Origin: Anaerolineales bacterium
Lineage (GTDB): Bacteria > Chloroflexota > Anaerolineae > Anaerolineales > UBA4823
NCBI GenBank assembly: GCA_027494035.1
Contig: JAOSJQ010000001.1
Coordinates: 3,040,796-3,104,795, forward strand
Length of the DNA stretch: 64,000 bases
Direction: 5' to 3'
The notes beneath the pieces are model-generated. The model did not search any database and was not told the DNA's origin. It worked only from the letters and a program-made list of their open reading frames with translations. Shown piece after piece: positions 54,950-64,000 of the stretch. How positions within the stretch are numbered: the first letter of the stretch is position 1; each line of letters begins with the position of its first letter. A program made the translations under genes and the position numbers.

Positions 54950-55736
54950 AGTTCAGGCAGGGCAGTCCTTCTGGTCGATCGCCATCGCCTACAAAGTCAC
55001 CATCCAAGATTTGGAAACCTGGAACAACCTGTCGCGGGAAGCTGGGTTAAAAGTCAGTCAAAAACTGTTCATCCCGGGCAGCAACACGGAAGGTTACGCC
55101 ACCCCTACCCCGGTTGGGATGGTTCTGGTCAAACAGCCCGGCGCGGATGGCAAAATTATCCATGTAGTGCAGCCTTACCAGGCGTTGTCATCGATCGCGG
55201 TCGCCTACAAAGTCAGCATAGACACGATTCTGTCCCTCAATGGGATCCAAAAAGAATGGCCCTTGCAGATTGGGCAGGAACTGCTCATCAGCACGGGCGG
55301 AAACAGCCCGGATGATACCACCCACTCACTCAGCCCGCTCGCGCGGCTCACCCCTGCGAGCGACGGGCGCTACTACCACACGGTAAAAAGCGGCGAGACT
55401 CTCTCGTGGATTGCTAATCTATACGAAATTAATCTGGCGGATCTGATGGCGTGGAACGGGCTGAATGGTGAATCGATCCTGCACCCCGAGCAAAAGCTGT
55501 TGTTGTTGGTCACGCCGCCGGCAACTCAAACCCCCTCGCCCAGCGAAACGCCTGCCCCGGTCGCTTTACTGGAGAACAAGACGGTCAGCACCGTAAGCCC
55601 ATCGATTACCGCCACGCCCTTCCCCAGCCCGGCTTCGCCTTCCAGGGGCGCAATCGACTTCCCCCTGTTATTCATGATCGGCTTGGGCATTACCGGTCTT
55701 ATTGTTTTTATTATTGGGATGAAGCGCCGGTCTTAA
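54912..55736 (+). CDS. three LysM repeats plus a C-terminal TM helix; probably the 3' part of the same frameshifted gene
   Basis: LysM repeats HEVQAGQSFWSIAIAYKVTIQDLETWNNL, HVVQPYQALSSIAVAYKVSIDTILSLNGI and HTVKSGETLSWIANLYEINLADLMAWNGL. The only start is a TTG with no Shine-Dalgarno sequence, and there is no signal peptide. Confidence 0.7.
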   Translation: MPPPDKDGRVFHEVQAGQSFWSIAIAYKVTIQDLETWNNLSREAGLKVSQKLFIPGSNTEGYATPTPVGMVLVKQPGADGKIIHVVQPYQALSSIAVAYKVSIDTILSLNGIQKEWPLQIGQELLISTGGNSPDDTTHSLSPLARLTPASDGRYYHTVKSGETLSWIANLYEINLADLMAWNGLNGESILHPEQKLLLLVTPPATQTPSPSETPAPVALLENKTVSTVSPSITATPFPSPASPSRGAIDFPLLFMIGLGITGLIVFIIGMKRRS

Positions 55737-55738
55737 CG

Positions 55739-56737
55739 TCAGCGCGGGACCTGAACGGCGTCCAACACCTCGTTGACCAGGTCGTCGGGCGAAATTCCCT
55801 CGGAAAGAGCTTCAAAATTTAGAAAGAGCCGGTGGCGCAAAGCGGGCAGCGCCACGCGGCGGATGTCGTCGATCGCCACTGCCTTGCGGTTGTCCAACAG
55901 CGCTTCGACTTTAGCCGCGATGATCATCGCCTGGATGCCGCGCGGGCTGATCCCGACCCGCAGATACTGGCGGATGCGCGCCGGCGCATCCGGGCTATCC
56001 GGCTGGGTGGTGCTGACCACCCGCGCCGCATAGCGATACACGCGTTCCTCGACGGGAACCTGGCGCACCAACGTCTGCATGGAGAGCAGCAACGGAACGT
56101 CCGCGGCGACTTCGACGACAGGCGAACTCGATCCGGTGGTCCGCCGGGCAATCTCGACCAGTTCGTCTTCCATCGGTGACGGCACATCCAGTTTGTAGAA
56201 AAAGCGGTCTAGTTGGGCTTCGGGCAGTGGAAAAGTGCCTTCCAATTCGATCGGGTTTTGGGTCGCCAGGACAAAAAAGGGTTTTGGCAGATGATAGCTC
56301 TCCCCGGCAACCGTGACGTGCTGCTCCTGCATGGCTTCCAGCAGCGCCGACTGGGTGCGCGGGGTGGCGCGGTTGATTTCGTCCGCCAGGATCAGGTTGG
56401 CAAACACCGGTCCACGCTCGAAGCGAAAACCGCGCCGCCCGTCGGGCGCCTCGGTGATGATCATCGTTCCGGTGATATCGGCGGGCATCAAGTCGGGGGT
56501 GAACTGGATGCGGCTGAAGGAACAGTCGAGCGCCTGCGCCAGCGTGCGGATCAGCAGCGTCTTGCCCAAGCCGGGGACGCCCTCCATGAGCGCGTTGCCG
56601 CCGCCCAGCAAGGTGACCAACATGTCGTGGATCAGCGTCTCCTGTCCGACGATCACTTTGCGCATCTCGTTCAAGATGGTGTTCGCGGCGTCGCGAAACT
56701 GCGACACCTGATTGAGTACTTGATTGTATTCAGTCAT
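55739..56737 (-). CDS. MoxR-family AAA+ ATPase
   Basis: 332 aa. Walker A GVPGLGKT and Walker B LILADEINR, with MoxR-typical length and motifs. Confidence 0.92.
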   Translation of the reverse strand: MTEYNQVLNQVSQFRDAANTILNEMRKVIVGQETLIHDMLVTLLGGGNALMEGVPGLGKTLLIRTLAQALDCSFSRIQFTPDLMPADITGTMIITEAPDGRRGFRFERGPVFANLILADEINRATPRTQSALLEAMQEQHVTVAGESYHLPKPFFVLATQNPIELEGTFPLPEAQLDRFFYKLDVPSPMEDELVEIARRTTGSSSPVVEVAADVPLLLSMQTLVRQVPVEERVYRYAARVVSTTQPDSPDAPARIRQYLRVGISPRGIQAMIIAAKVEALLDNRKAVAIDDIRRVALPALRHRLFLNFEALSEGISPDDLVNEVLDAVQVPR

Positions 56738-56763
56738 GGTTTTTCCTGTGTCTTCGCATTGGA

Positions 56764-59409
56764 TTACATCCAGGGCAGCCAGCGCCGGCGAATGGCGATC
56801 TCAAGGGGCCACAAAACCAGCAGCGCTGCCAGAATATACCACGTAAAGTCACGCGGACTGGCAGACGAATTCTCGTCAGCGGCTGATTGAGTTTGCTGCA
56901 GCAATTCATCGAACGTGGTGAACTGTCCGCCGGTCAACTCGGTCCAGCGTTGAAGGTTCGTAAAACCAGCTTGGGGGTCGGCTGGCAACCACTCATCGGG
57001 CGGGTTGACCGCAAATGGAACCGCGCTTTCATAGCGCTCGCCGCCTGCATCTTGGTAAGCCAGAACTGCGCGATATTCACCTTCCGGCGGGCGAGCGAGT
57101 TCGGTTCGATAGGCGCCGATACCCTGCTGCACCAGGCTGAACTTGCGCACAGTCTGGGACTGATCGAGGTAGGAGAAAGTCACCTCTGCCAGATTGACCG
57201 GTTTGCCATCGGTCGTGAACAACGAAGCCTGGATGATCATTTTTTCCGGGTCCACTTGCACGTCCACCTGAGCCGCGCTCGAGGCAGGGTCAGCTAAGGC
57301 ATAGCGCACCACCTGTGACCAAAACTTGCTTTGCGGCTCATCCTCCCAGGCGCCGAGCCATTCTGCCCCGTTGTCCGTCGTCCAAGCGATGACTCGCCCC
57401 AACCCGTATTGCCAGACCGACAGGATGGGATCTTCGAAGCTAGTAGATACCAGGATGTCCTCTGCGCCTTCTTCTTTCCGGCTGGAAAGGGCATTGTATC
57501 CCTGGAGTTCGGGCAGCGATTCGCGGCTCAGCCCGGAAAGGATGGGGTGGCTGGAGTCGAGCGCTTTCAGCCCGCTGACGCCGGTTTGGATGTTTTCGCT
57601 GCGCGCCGCCTGGCTCTCGGCGATCATAATATAGGGCAGTTTTTCGACGTTCTCGACGGCGTAAAAACGTCCCTTGCCGACCTCGGCGAGCTGTTCCAAC
57701 AAGCCCTTGTCTGCTTCCAACCCCAGGGCGATCGTGGAAAGCGTGATCCCGTTGGCAGGCACCAGCCCTGCCAGCGACAGGAACTCATCGGGCGTCCCGT
57801 CGGTGCTTTGCCCGTCGGAAAGCAGCAGGATGTGCTTGTTATGCGGCGCATCCGCGGGGACGCCCGCCATGGTCAGCACGCCCTCGCGCATCGCCGCATA
57901 CATGTAGGTGGTGCCGGAAGCCTCCATACGGTTGACGGTGTCTAACGCCTGCTGAATTTCCTCGGGTCCTGTCAACCGTTGAAGCGGGAAAGCCCATTGA
58001 AAAGCGTCTGAAAACGTCAAAATGCCGAGATAATCATCGACTTGAAGGGTTTCAATGGAGCGCATTGCCGCTTCGATCGCTAACGAAATTGAGGAAATGT
58101 CGTCCTGGTTGCGGACGTTCATGCTGCCCGAAAGATCCAGAATCAGCAGAAAAGTGATCGGCTGGCGCAGCGAACGCGCCGGCGGTTCGAGTTTGACTGG
58201 CAGCATGGGTTCTAGGATCGAATTCTGGTAGCCGCCAAGGGTGTAGCTGTTCTGCCCGCCCAGAAAGACCACCCCTCCCGCGAACTCGGACGCGAACACT
58301 TGCAGCGCGATCTGTTGTTCCTGGTTTAGCTGGTTTGAAAGTAAGTTGTCGATGAAGATGACGCCGAACTGCCGCAACTGCGCCAGATTGGTCGGAAAAG
58401 CCGCAGGCTGGATTTGCGTGACCTGAATGTTCTGATCGGAGAGCAAGCGCTGCATTCGTTGAACAGGCGCCGAATTCGGGTTAGATGTTACGTATAGCAC
58501 ATTTGGCGGCGGGAACACCTGAATGGCGGCGAAAGCCTGGTTGTTTTCGAGAAATGGATCGGAGTCGAACTGGCTGCCGCTTTCATCGCTCTCAGAGGCG
58601 TTTCTTCCGACGACCTTCAACATCACGATGCCTTCCGGGACCTTGCTCAGCGGGATGCGATATAAACCTGAACCGACCTGCGTGGAGGAAACAGCTAAGC
58701 TCTCGCCATTTACGAAAAGCTCGAAAACCGGCGTGGATTCACTGGTTTCTCCTTGCACAGGCACAAAGACGTCAAAAGCCGTGCCAGCCCAAAGCGAACG
58801 CGGGGCTAAAACGTCGGCGACCGCCAGGTCGTTGGCTTGATTTCGGGGCGAAATCGGCACAGCATCCAGGCGCGCCCCCGCCTCTTTACTCGCAGTGAGC
58901 ATTTGGTCGATCTGGTCGGCGCGTTCGACCAATCCATCCGTGGCGAGGATGATCCCGGCGAGCCGGCTGTCAAACAAACGTTCAACTTTCTGCAGCGCCC
59001 CGGCGAGGTCGCTCGATTTGGGATTGGTTTTTTCCAAAATCGTATCCAACGCCCCATCCTCTTCCGGCATGATAAAAACAGAGGAATTCCCATATACGCT
59101 CAAAACGCGGTTTTCAGCCGCCATTTGCCATTCCCGGGCGGAGCGCCAGGCTGCCTCGCGATTGTCCCCGTCGATGCTGTCCGACAGATCCAGCAGCATC
59201 ACGGTTTGCGGCGCGAACGCGTCTGCCGGTTTGCTCCTGGAGGCGTAGAACAGTCCCGCCCAGGCGATCAATACCAGACAGACCCTGAGAACCCAGGCAA
59301 GCAGCCATTTCAGGCGGGCTTTGCGGGCAAACCAGGTGAGCAGCGCTAAAGCCGCCAGCAGGGCGGCTAAAAGCTGCCAGTGAGAGACGATCTGGTCTAG
59401 CGCCGCCAT
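56764..59409 (-). CDS. large membrane-anchored von Willebrand factor A (vWA) domain protein
   Basis: Track ORF 56764..59544 trimmed to ATG 59409 (MAALDQIV..; 13-nt overlap with the upstream stop). N-terminal 2 TM segments, MIDAS LILDLSGSM...SGTTY...LLLSDGQSTDG and a C-terminal TM helix. Confidence 0.8.
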   Translation of the reverse strand: MAALDQIVSHWQLLAALLAALALLTWFARKARLKWLLAWVLRVCLVLIAWAGLFYASRSKPADAFAPQTVMLLDLSDSIDGDNREAAWRSAREWQMAAENRVLSVYGNSSVFIMPEEDGALDTILEKTNPKSSDLAGALQKVERLFDSRLAGIILATDGLVERADQIDQMLTASKEAGARLDAVPISPRNQANDLAVADVLAPRSLWAGTAFDVFVPVQGETSESTPVFELFVNGESLAVSSTQVGSGLYRIPLSKVPEGIVMLKVVGRNASESDESGSQFDSDPFLENNQAFAAIQVFPPPNVLYVTSNPNSAPVQRMQRLLSDQNIQVTQIQPAAFPTNLAQLRQFGVIFIDNLLSNQLNQEQQIALQVFASEFAGGVVFLGGQNSYTLGGYQNSILEPMLPVKLEPPARSLRQPITFLLILDLSGSMNVRNQDDISSISLAIEAAMRSIETLQVDDYLGILTFSDAFQWAFPLQRLTGPEEIQQALDTVNRMEASGTTYMYAAMREGVLTMAGVPADAPHNKHILLLSDGQSTDGTPDEFLSLAGLVPANGITLSTIALGLEADKGLLEQLAEVGKGRFYAVENVEKLPYIMIAESQAARSENIQTGVSGLKALDSSHPILSGLSRESLPELQGYNALSSRKEEGAEDILVSTSFEDPILSVWQYGLGRVIAWTTDNGAEWLGAWEDEPQSKFWSQVVRYALADPASSAAQVDVQVDPEKMIIQASLFTTDGKPVNLAEVTFSYLDQSQTVRKFSLVQQGIGAYRTELARPPEGEYRAVLAYQDAGGERYESAVPFAVNPPDEWLPADPQAGFTNLQRWTELTGGQFTTFDELLQQTQSAADENSSASPRDFTWYILAALLVLWPLEIAIRRRWLPWM

Positions 59410-61304
59410 GCCAGGCTCGCCTCCAACACCAGCAACAGTAACGCGATCCCCAGCAGCCAGGGGCGCAGATCGATTTGCGCCTTTTCCTGTTCGTTGGGCG
59501 GAATAAAGCCGCCCGGAGCAGTGGATTGCACCGAAACGACCCAATCTGGCGTTCGCAGGTCTGATTCGAGCAGGTCGCCAGCGTTTGCGCCGGTCGAGAA
59601 CTCTTCCACGTCGCCATCGAATTTCAGCATTTTAAACCGATAAAAGCCCGGATCCTGGGTGAGGTCCCATTCAGCGGGCCATTGATCGTCCCATTGCACA
59701 ACCGGCTTATCGGGCGGGAGCAATTGAAGCGCCTGATACGCCTTCAAGGGCGGCAACGCGAGCGGCTCGCCCGTTTTTATGGTTTGGGGAAGCGCCGAAT
59801 TGCGGGAATAATCGACCAGGTTGGCGATCAACATCGGAAACGCGGGGTGTTGAGCAAAATTCCCGCGCGCCAGATCCGCCAACAGCACGACCACCGGGCG
59901 GGGTTGAGACGCTTGCGCCTGGACCTGTCCGTACAACAGGATCGGCGCATCATTGGCTGCCAGCAGCGTTTCCAGACCGGGATGCGGATTTGTGAGCTCA
60001 TACACCCTGCCCCAGCGCACCGAATTGAAATCGATCCCGTTGGTTATGGGGTGGCGTTTGGGTATGTGCGTCAATGCGTTGGCGGCAACCGCCTGGCTCG
60101 ATCCGGCTGCCAGGCTGGGCAAAGAGCTGTCAGCCGGGGGTTCTACGAACAAGATGAGCCCTTCCGGCAGGTCGGTTGGCATGAAGCCGCGGAAAACGGT
60201 CAGGTCGAAACGATCTGGCTCGCCAGGCGCGGCGCGGTTGAGATAGTCGTCCACTGTAAATAGCTGCAAATCTACGAACCCGACCGCCTGGATGGCTTGC
60301 TGCAAGGGGTATGAATCGTCGGCGACCAACGCGACGCGCGGACGGTTGCCCGGCAGCAATCCCAGGCTGGCTGAGTCGTCGCCGGCTAACCCGTCTTCGC
60401 CTTGAAACGCGACGCGCAGCTCGCGCGGCGGCTCGACTGCGCCCGGCGTGACGCGCCAGACCTGCGCCACCGTTGAATTTGGGGCGATTTTGACCTCTGC
60501 CTGAGCCGCAGGCTTGCCGTCGATTTCGAGAACCGCCGTCCGGAGCGCTTCGCGTTCGCTAAAATTGGCGAAGCGCGTAAAGAGTTGATATTCATTTGCG
60601 CTAGTCTGCTGCACGTTCAATTCGGTAATCGCCTGGTTATCCAGCGAATCCCCAATGAAATGCCAGGCGACCGGAAATGAAAAACCCTCCAGGTCTGAGG
60701 CGTCCTTCCAGCCAAGATTACCGTCTGTGATAATATGAAATTGCGGTGCCAATTCCGGTTTCAGCAATGTGCGCCCGAGAAACAGCGCCTCGTGAAGCGC
60801 ATCCCCGGCACCTCCCGCCTGGAGCGCGTCGACCGCGGCGGTCAATTGATCCGATTTCGAGTCACGACTATCCGCAACCACTTCCGCAATCCGCCCGAAT
60901 TTGATAACCGTCACCACGTCCCTTGAGCGGGCGTCTGCGATGATCCTTTTGGCTTGGATTTGCGCTTCGGAAAAGCGGGTTCCACTCCCTAGATTAGCGC
61001 GCATGCTGGTCGTCGTATCGATCAAGATCACGATCTGGCGGGCTGGGGCGAGCGGTAGACGCACGCTCCAGATGGGCTGGATCCACGCCAGGGTGAGCAA
61101 AACCGCAATCCACAAATCAACCAGCAGGATGCGCGTCACAGGCAGGCTGCGCACGCGCGGCCCTTTTGCCTCGTGCTCCAGAAATGCCCACAACTTGAGG
61201 TGCGAGACGACCAGCCTGCGAGCCGGCTCGCGCAGCAGATGCAATATCAAAATGACCGGCAGCGAAAGGAAACCGATGACGCCGAGCGAATTGAGGAATG
61301 TCAA
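59397..61304 (-). CDS. BatA-type N-terminal double-TM domain plus vWA domain protein
   Basis: 635 aa. MTFLNSLGVIGFLSLPVILILHLLR (aerotolerance-regulator N-terminal type), vWA VILIDTTTSM, and a C-terminal TM helix. Confidence 0.8.
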   Translation of the reverse strand: MTFLNSLGVIGFLSLPVILILHLLREPARRLVVSHLKLWAFLEHEAKGPRVRSLPVTRILLVDLWIAVLLTLAWIQPIWSVRLPLAPARQIVILIDTTTSMRANLGSGTRFSEAQIQAKRIIADARSRDVVTVIKFGRIAEVVADSRDSKSDQLTAAVDALQAGGAGDALHEALFLGRTLLKPELAPQFHIITDGNLGWKDASDLEGFSFPVAWHFIGDSLDNQAITELNVQQTSANEYQLFTRFANFSEREALRTAVLEIDGKPAAQAEVKIAPNSTVAQVWRVTPGAVEPPRELRVAFQGEDGLAGDDSASLGLLPGNRPRVALVADDSYPLQQAIQAVGFVDLQLFTVDDYLNRAAPGEPDRFDLTVFRGFMPTDLPEGLILFVEPPADSSLPSLAAGSSQAVAANALTHIPKRHPITNGIDFNSVRWGRVYELTNPHPGLETLLAANDAPILLYGQVQAQASQPRPVVVLLADLARGNFAQHPAFPMLIANLVDYSRNSALPQTIKTGEPLALPPLKAYQALQLLPPDKPVVQWDDQWPAEWDLTQDPGFYRFKMLKFDGDVEEFSTGANAGDLLESDLRTPDWVVSVQSTAPGGFIPPNEQEKAQIDLRPWLLGIALLLLVLEASLAWRR

Positions 61305-62272
61305 TTGGGCTTAACCACCTGAAGCCGCCGGAGATGCGGTAAGATCTCTTTTTCCAGTGACCAATTTGAAGGGATGAGCGTGTATTGGCAGCGATGCTGC
61401 AAACAAACCTGGGCGATCTTTGCCTGCCAGGTTTGCAGCCGGCGCTGATAAGTCCCTAATGCTTGCGGGGTAATTTTATAGACGCGCTTTTCTCCGGTTT
61501 CAATGTCGTGCAGTTCGAAATGCCCTTGCAAATCGGGTTGAAGCTCGTCGGGGTGAAGCAGATGAAGAAAAATTATTTTCCAGGCAGGGGCGCGGATCAT
61601 TTCCAGCGCTGGAGAAAGAGACTGCACCGCCAGCAGGTCGGAGATAACAAACACCACCCCGCCCTGCGATTGCTTGTTTCTGGTCAATTCTATCAGCGAG
61701 TTCGTAATGTCGATCTGCCCTTGAAATTGCAGGGAGCGCAGATAATCCGCCAGCAAGATCGCCTGACCCTTACCCCAAAGCGGACCCAGCGGTCGTACGG
61801 GCTGCCCCGAACCGTTGCTTGTGATGGGCAGGATCACCACCCGGTCATTCTGCGCCAGCGCCATATAACTCAGCGCGTTGGCGAGCAGCAAACCAGCCTG
61901 GGATTTCGGGACGTCGCCCCAAGCCATCGAAGCGCTGCAATCCAGAAGCACATAGACCGTCACGGATTTCTGCAGCGCGCCTTGCTTGATGAAAATATGT
62001 TCCTGGCGGGCGGAGGCTTTCCAATCCACAAAACGGATGTCGTCGCCCTGGATGTATTGGCGGTGGTCAAAGAAATCCGCCGCCGGACGGCGCATGTGGC
62101 TGGCGCGCGCCCCGATTCTATTCTCCAGCCAGGTCTGGTCCCTGGAAATATGAAGCCGGTCCATCTGGCGCAGCGCCAGCGCAGACAACGTCATGCCGTC
62201 ACCCCCCGGGCTTGAAGGCTTTACCGGCAGCTTGCGGCGGTCTTTAGCGTTGAAAATATCGCGAAACCACAT
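61301..62272 (-). CDS. DUF58 family protein (MoxR-associated, vWA-like)
   Basis: HRQYIQGDDIRFVDWKASAR, the DUF58 hallmark. 4-nt overlap with the downstream gene. The start may be the internal ATG 62194. Confidence 0.85.
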   Translation of the reverse strand: MWFRDIFNAKDRRKLPVKPSSPGGDGMTLSALALRQMDRLHISRDQTWLENRIGARASHMRRPAADFFDHRQYIQGDDIRFVDWKASARQEHIFIKQGALQKSVTVYVLLDCSASMAWGDVPKSQAGLLLANALSYMALAQNDRVVILPITSNGSGQPVRPLGPLWGKGQAILLADYLRSLQFQGQIDITNSLIELTRNKQSQGGVVFVISDLLAVQSLSPALEMIRAPAWKIIFLHLLHPDELQPDLQGHFELHDIETGEKRVYKITPQALGTYQRRLQTWQAKIAQVCLQHRCQYTLIPSNWSLEKEILPHLRRLQVVKPN

Positions 62273-63575
62273 TGCGCCATTTCCAATAAAGAACGTTTGG
62301 AAGCAAGGGGCTCTGGTTCATCCCGTTGTCGGGGAGGAATGCCGAGTTGAACGGATCGCTCAGCGTTTCAGCGCCGGCAACCCCAGAGGCGGATGGATTG
62401 AGCAGCGCCGAATCCGACCCATTGGAGGAAGATAATTCGAATTCCCCTCCCTCCCCCTCCAGCCGGGATAACGGTTCAGATTTGCCGGTGGTTGAGGGTG
62501 TTGTGTCCGCCTCCGCTAATTCGGGAGAATTGAGCGATTCTTCCAGCGCGCGCAACTCGTTTGCAAGCCCGCCCAGGCTGCGTTCGGCATCCCGGCTTTG
62601 ACTTTGCAACGACTTGGCAGCGTTTTCCATCGCCGCGGACAAGCCCGGGGCGCCAGCTTGGGCGGCTTCTTCAGCCGCCTCTTCCAGGGATTTTGACATG
62701 TTTGCGCGGCTTTCTTGAGACAGCTCGTCTAACCGCTCGGCCAGCTCTTGCAGTTCATCGGCGGCTCTATCCAAATCCAGATTTTCGAGCGCCTTGCCAA
62801 CGCCGTACGTGCCGGCTTGCTGGCTGAGGTCGGCGCCAAGCTCTTGCAGCACTTCGGAGATCGGACCAGAAGGCGTATTTTCAGCTCCTCCTTGGTCGCC
62901 GCCGGAATCTCCCTGGGCGTTGTTGGGCGAAGGTCCGCCGCCGCCCTGGTTTTCTTCGCCGTTTGCGCTGCTATCCTGAGTGGGGGTTGGTTCGGGCGCG
63001 GAATTTGGCAGGTGCTGCGGATCGAGCGGCTGGATAGGCGTAGGGATGAGAAACCCAGCCAACTCAGGAGGTGCCAGGCGCTTTGAATATGATCCCAACA
63101 GATTAGCGGCAAGCAGCGTTACCCCAAGCAGCCCGACGATTAATAGCGAAACCAGATCGCGCCGCAAATACCAGCCTTTTTCCAGCATGCGCGCCCGGAT
63201 TTGCGGCAGCATGATCAACACGTCCTGTACTAAGGCTTCGCTCACCGGGCTGGCATCGCGGGTTTGGGCAATTTCGAGCGCGGTGCTGACCTGCTCGCGC
63301 AGTCCCAGCCGGCGGTCCAACATCCAGGTCCAATCGGACTGGTTCTTGGCTGTCAGGATGAACTGCAACAAAGGGAAGGAAGCCAGAACCAAACCGGCAA
63401 GCAGCCATACAGATGAAGACGGCAGGAGACCCCAGAACTGGTTTATCCCCCAGCCCAGAATCGTTCCGCCCCCAAAAAGCCAGAGCATCCGAATTCCCAG
63501 GCGCGCCAGCTTCTGGACCCGGGCGAGGCGCCTTAGCTCAGCCAGTTCGATCTGGATGCGGTCGAATTCGGTCAT
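62244..63575 (-). CDS. membrane protein with a long acidic/coiled-coil extracytoplasmic region (DUF4175-like?)
   Basis: 443 aa. Several N-terminal TM helices, then low-complexity E/A/L/S-rich helical repeats. Lies inside the MoxR cluster. Confidence 0.55.
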   Translation of the reverse strand: MTEFDRIQIELAELRRLARVQKLARLGIRMLWLFGGGTILGWGINQFWGLLPSSSVWLLAGLVLASFPLLQFILTAKNQSDWTWMLDRRLGLREQVSTALEIAQTRDASPVSEALVQDVLIMLPQIRARMLEKGWYLRRDLVSLLIVGLLGVTLLAANLLGSYSKRLAPPELAGFLIPTPIQPLDPQHLPNSAPEPTPTQDSSANGEENQGGGGPSPNNAQGDSGGDQGGAENTPSGPISEVLQELGADLSQQAGTYGVGKALENLDLDRAADELQELAERLDELSQESRANMSKSLEEAAEEAAQAGAPGLSAAMENAAKSLQSQSRDAERSLGGLANELRALEESLNSPELAEADTTPSTTGKSEPLSRLEGEGGEFELSSSNGSDSALLNPSASGVAGAETLSDPFNSAFLPDNGMNQSPLLPNVLYWKWRNVVSRYFQR

Positions 63576-63991
63576 AGCTGGGCTTCCGTTGGCGGTTCCC
63601 GGCGGGACAAATAAAGAAGCAGCCCAAGAAGCTGCAGTACGACGGTTATGACCATAGTTGCCGCGAAAATATACTGCTTGCGCTGACGCAGTTCCACGGC
63701 TTCGAGCAGGAGTTTGGTGCGCAAATAGCCGTTATTGTCGCCCAGTTGGATCAGCTTGCTGCCAGCCAGAAGGATCCGGTTTGCCAGCGAGAAGGTGTTC
63801 CATTCGTGCGGCAAGCGTTTTTCCAGTTCGTCGAGCTGCGCGTGCAATGCGATCACTTCACGACCCTGGCGGCGGTAGCCCGTAAATTCATCGAGATGAT
63901 AGAACCGATTGCCCGCCTCGGCATAACCCACTTCGGATTGAGCCAGCAGGTCCAGGAACGCGTCGTATTCGCCGGATTGATAGAGCGGCAT
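63572..63991 (-). CDS. hypothetical protein with a C-terminal TM helix; first gene of the MoxR cluster visible in the window
   Basis: 139 aa from ATG 63991, 4-nt overlap with the next gene. The frame may extend upstream past the window edge, which I cannot assess. Confidence 0.45.
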   Translation of the reverse strand: MPLYQSGEYDAFLDLLAQSEVGYAEAGNRFYHLDEFTGYRRQGREVIALHAQLDELEKRLPHEWNTFSLANRILLAGSKLIQLGDNNGYLRTKLLLEAVELRQRKQYIFAATMVITVVLQLLGLLLYLSRREPPTEAQL

Positions 63992-64000
63992 AGCCTGGGC

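Noticed and set aside
59410-59544. N-terminal extensions of several track ORFs that overlap upstream genes, e.g. 56764..59544, 46249..47007, 46941..48068, 5859..6593 and 28520..29404.
   Set aside because: The extensions are Arg/Gly/Pro-rich and overlap the upstream coding region. Internal ATGs give proper signal peptides or conserved N-termini, and often ATGA-type coupling or a Shine-Dalgarno sequence.

Overview
This is a gene-dense, high-GC chromosomal segment with about 60 genes, most of them on the minus strand. PT-rich linkers, many lipobox lipoproteins and the overall gene content suggest a Chloroflexota/Anaerolineae-like organism; that is inference only. All family calls rest on motifs I recognise by eye, since I ran no searches.

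Gene content, left to right:
- glpA-glpK plus an esterase.
- A tandem array of four secreted lipoproteins that each carry an NBR1 'FW' domain. A fifth paralog lies at 14.9-16.2 kb.
- A selenocysteine-containing, NAD-linked formate dehydrogenase cluster: fdhD, a Cys-less thioredoxin-like protein, NuoE-like, NuoF-like and FdhA. The ORF track splits FdhA at an in-frame TGA.
- PPK2, a metallophosphoesterase and an MFS transporter.
- A heterodimeric ABC exporter pair, preceded by a promoter, a leader sORF and an intrinsic terminator.
- A dynamin-like GTPase, a beta-propeller lipoprotein, an ATP-grasp ligase and dinB.
- An A+T-richer nuclease-like ORF, a PIG-L deacetylase and two tandem CooC-type ATPases.
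- cysS, a thiolase, an RDD protein, a YyaL-like protein and scpA.
- An intact 1330-bp IS element with an 8-bp target duplication.
- trxA, murA, a prepilin peptidase, secDF, a P-loop/SpoIIE pair, a methyltransferase, rlmN, a HAD hydrolase, clpP, tig and tRNA-Leu(UAG).
- A radical-SAM DNA-repair-type protein, a tyrosine recombinase, and a CAP/LysM gene that appears frameshifted.
- A six-gene MoxR/vWA/DUF58 cluster running to the right edge.

Strongest leads:
1. The NBR1-FW lipoprotein array.
2. The leader-peptide/terminator module in front of the ABC exporter, which resembles bmrB-bmrCD.
3. The Sec recoding site with a GGUCU-loop hairpin.

I saw no CRISPR array, rRNA or recognisable known defence system.
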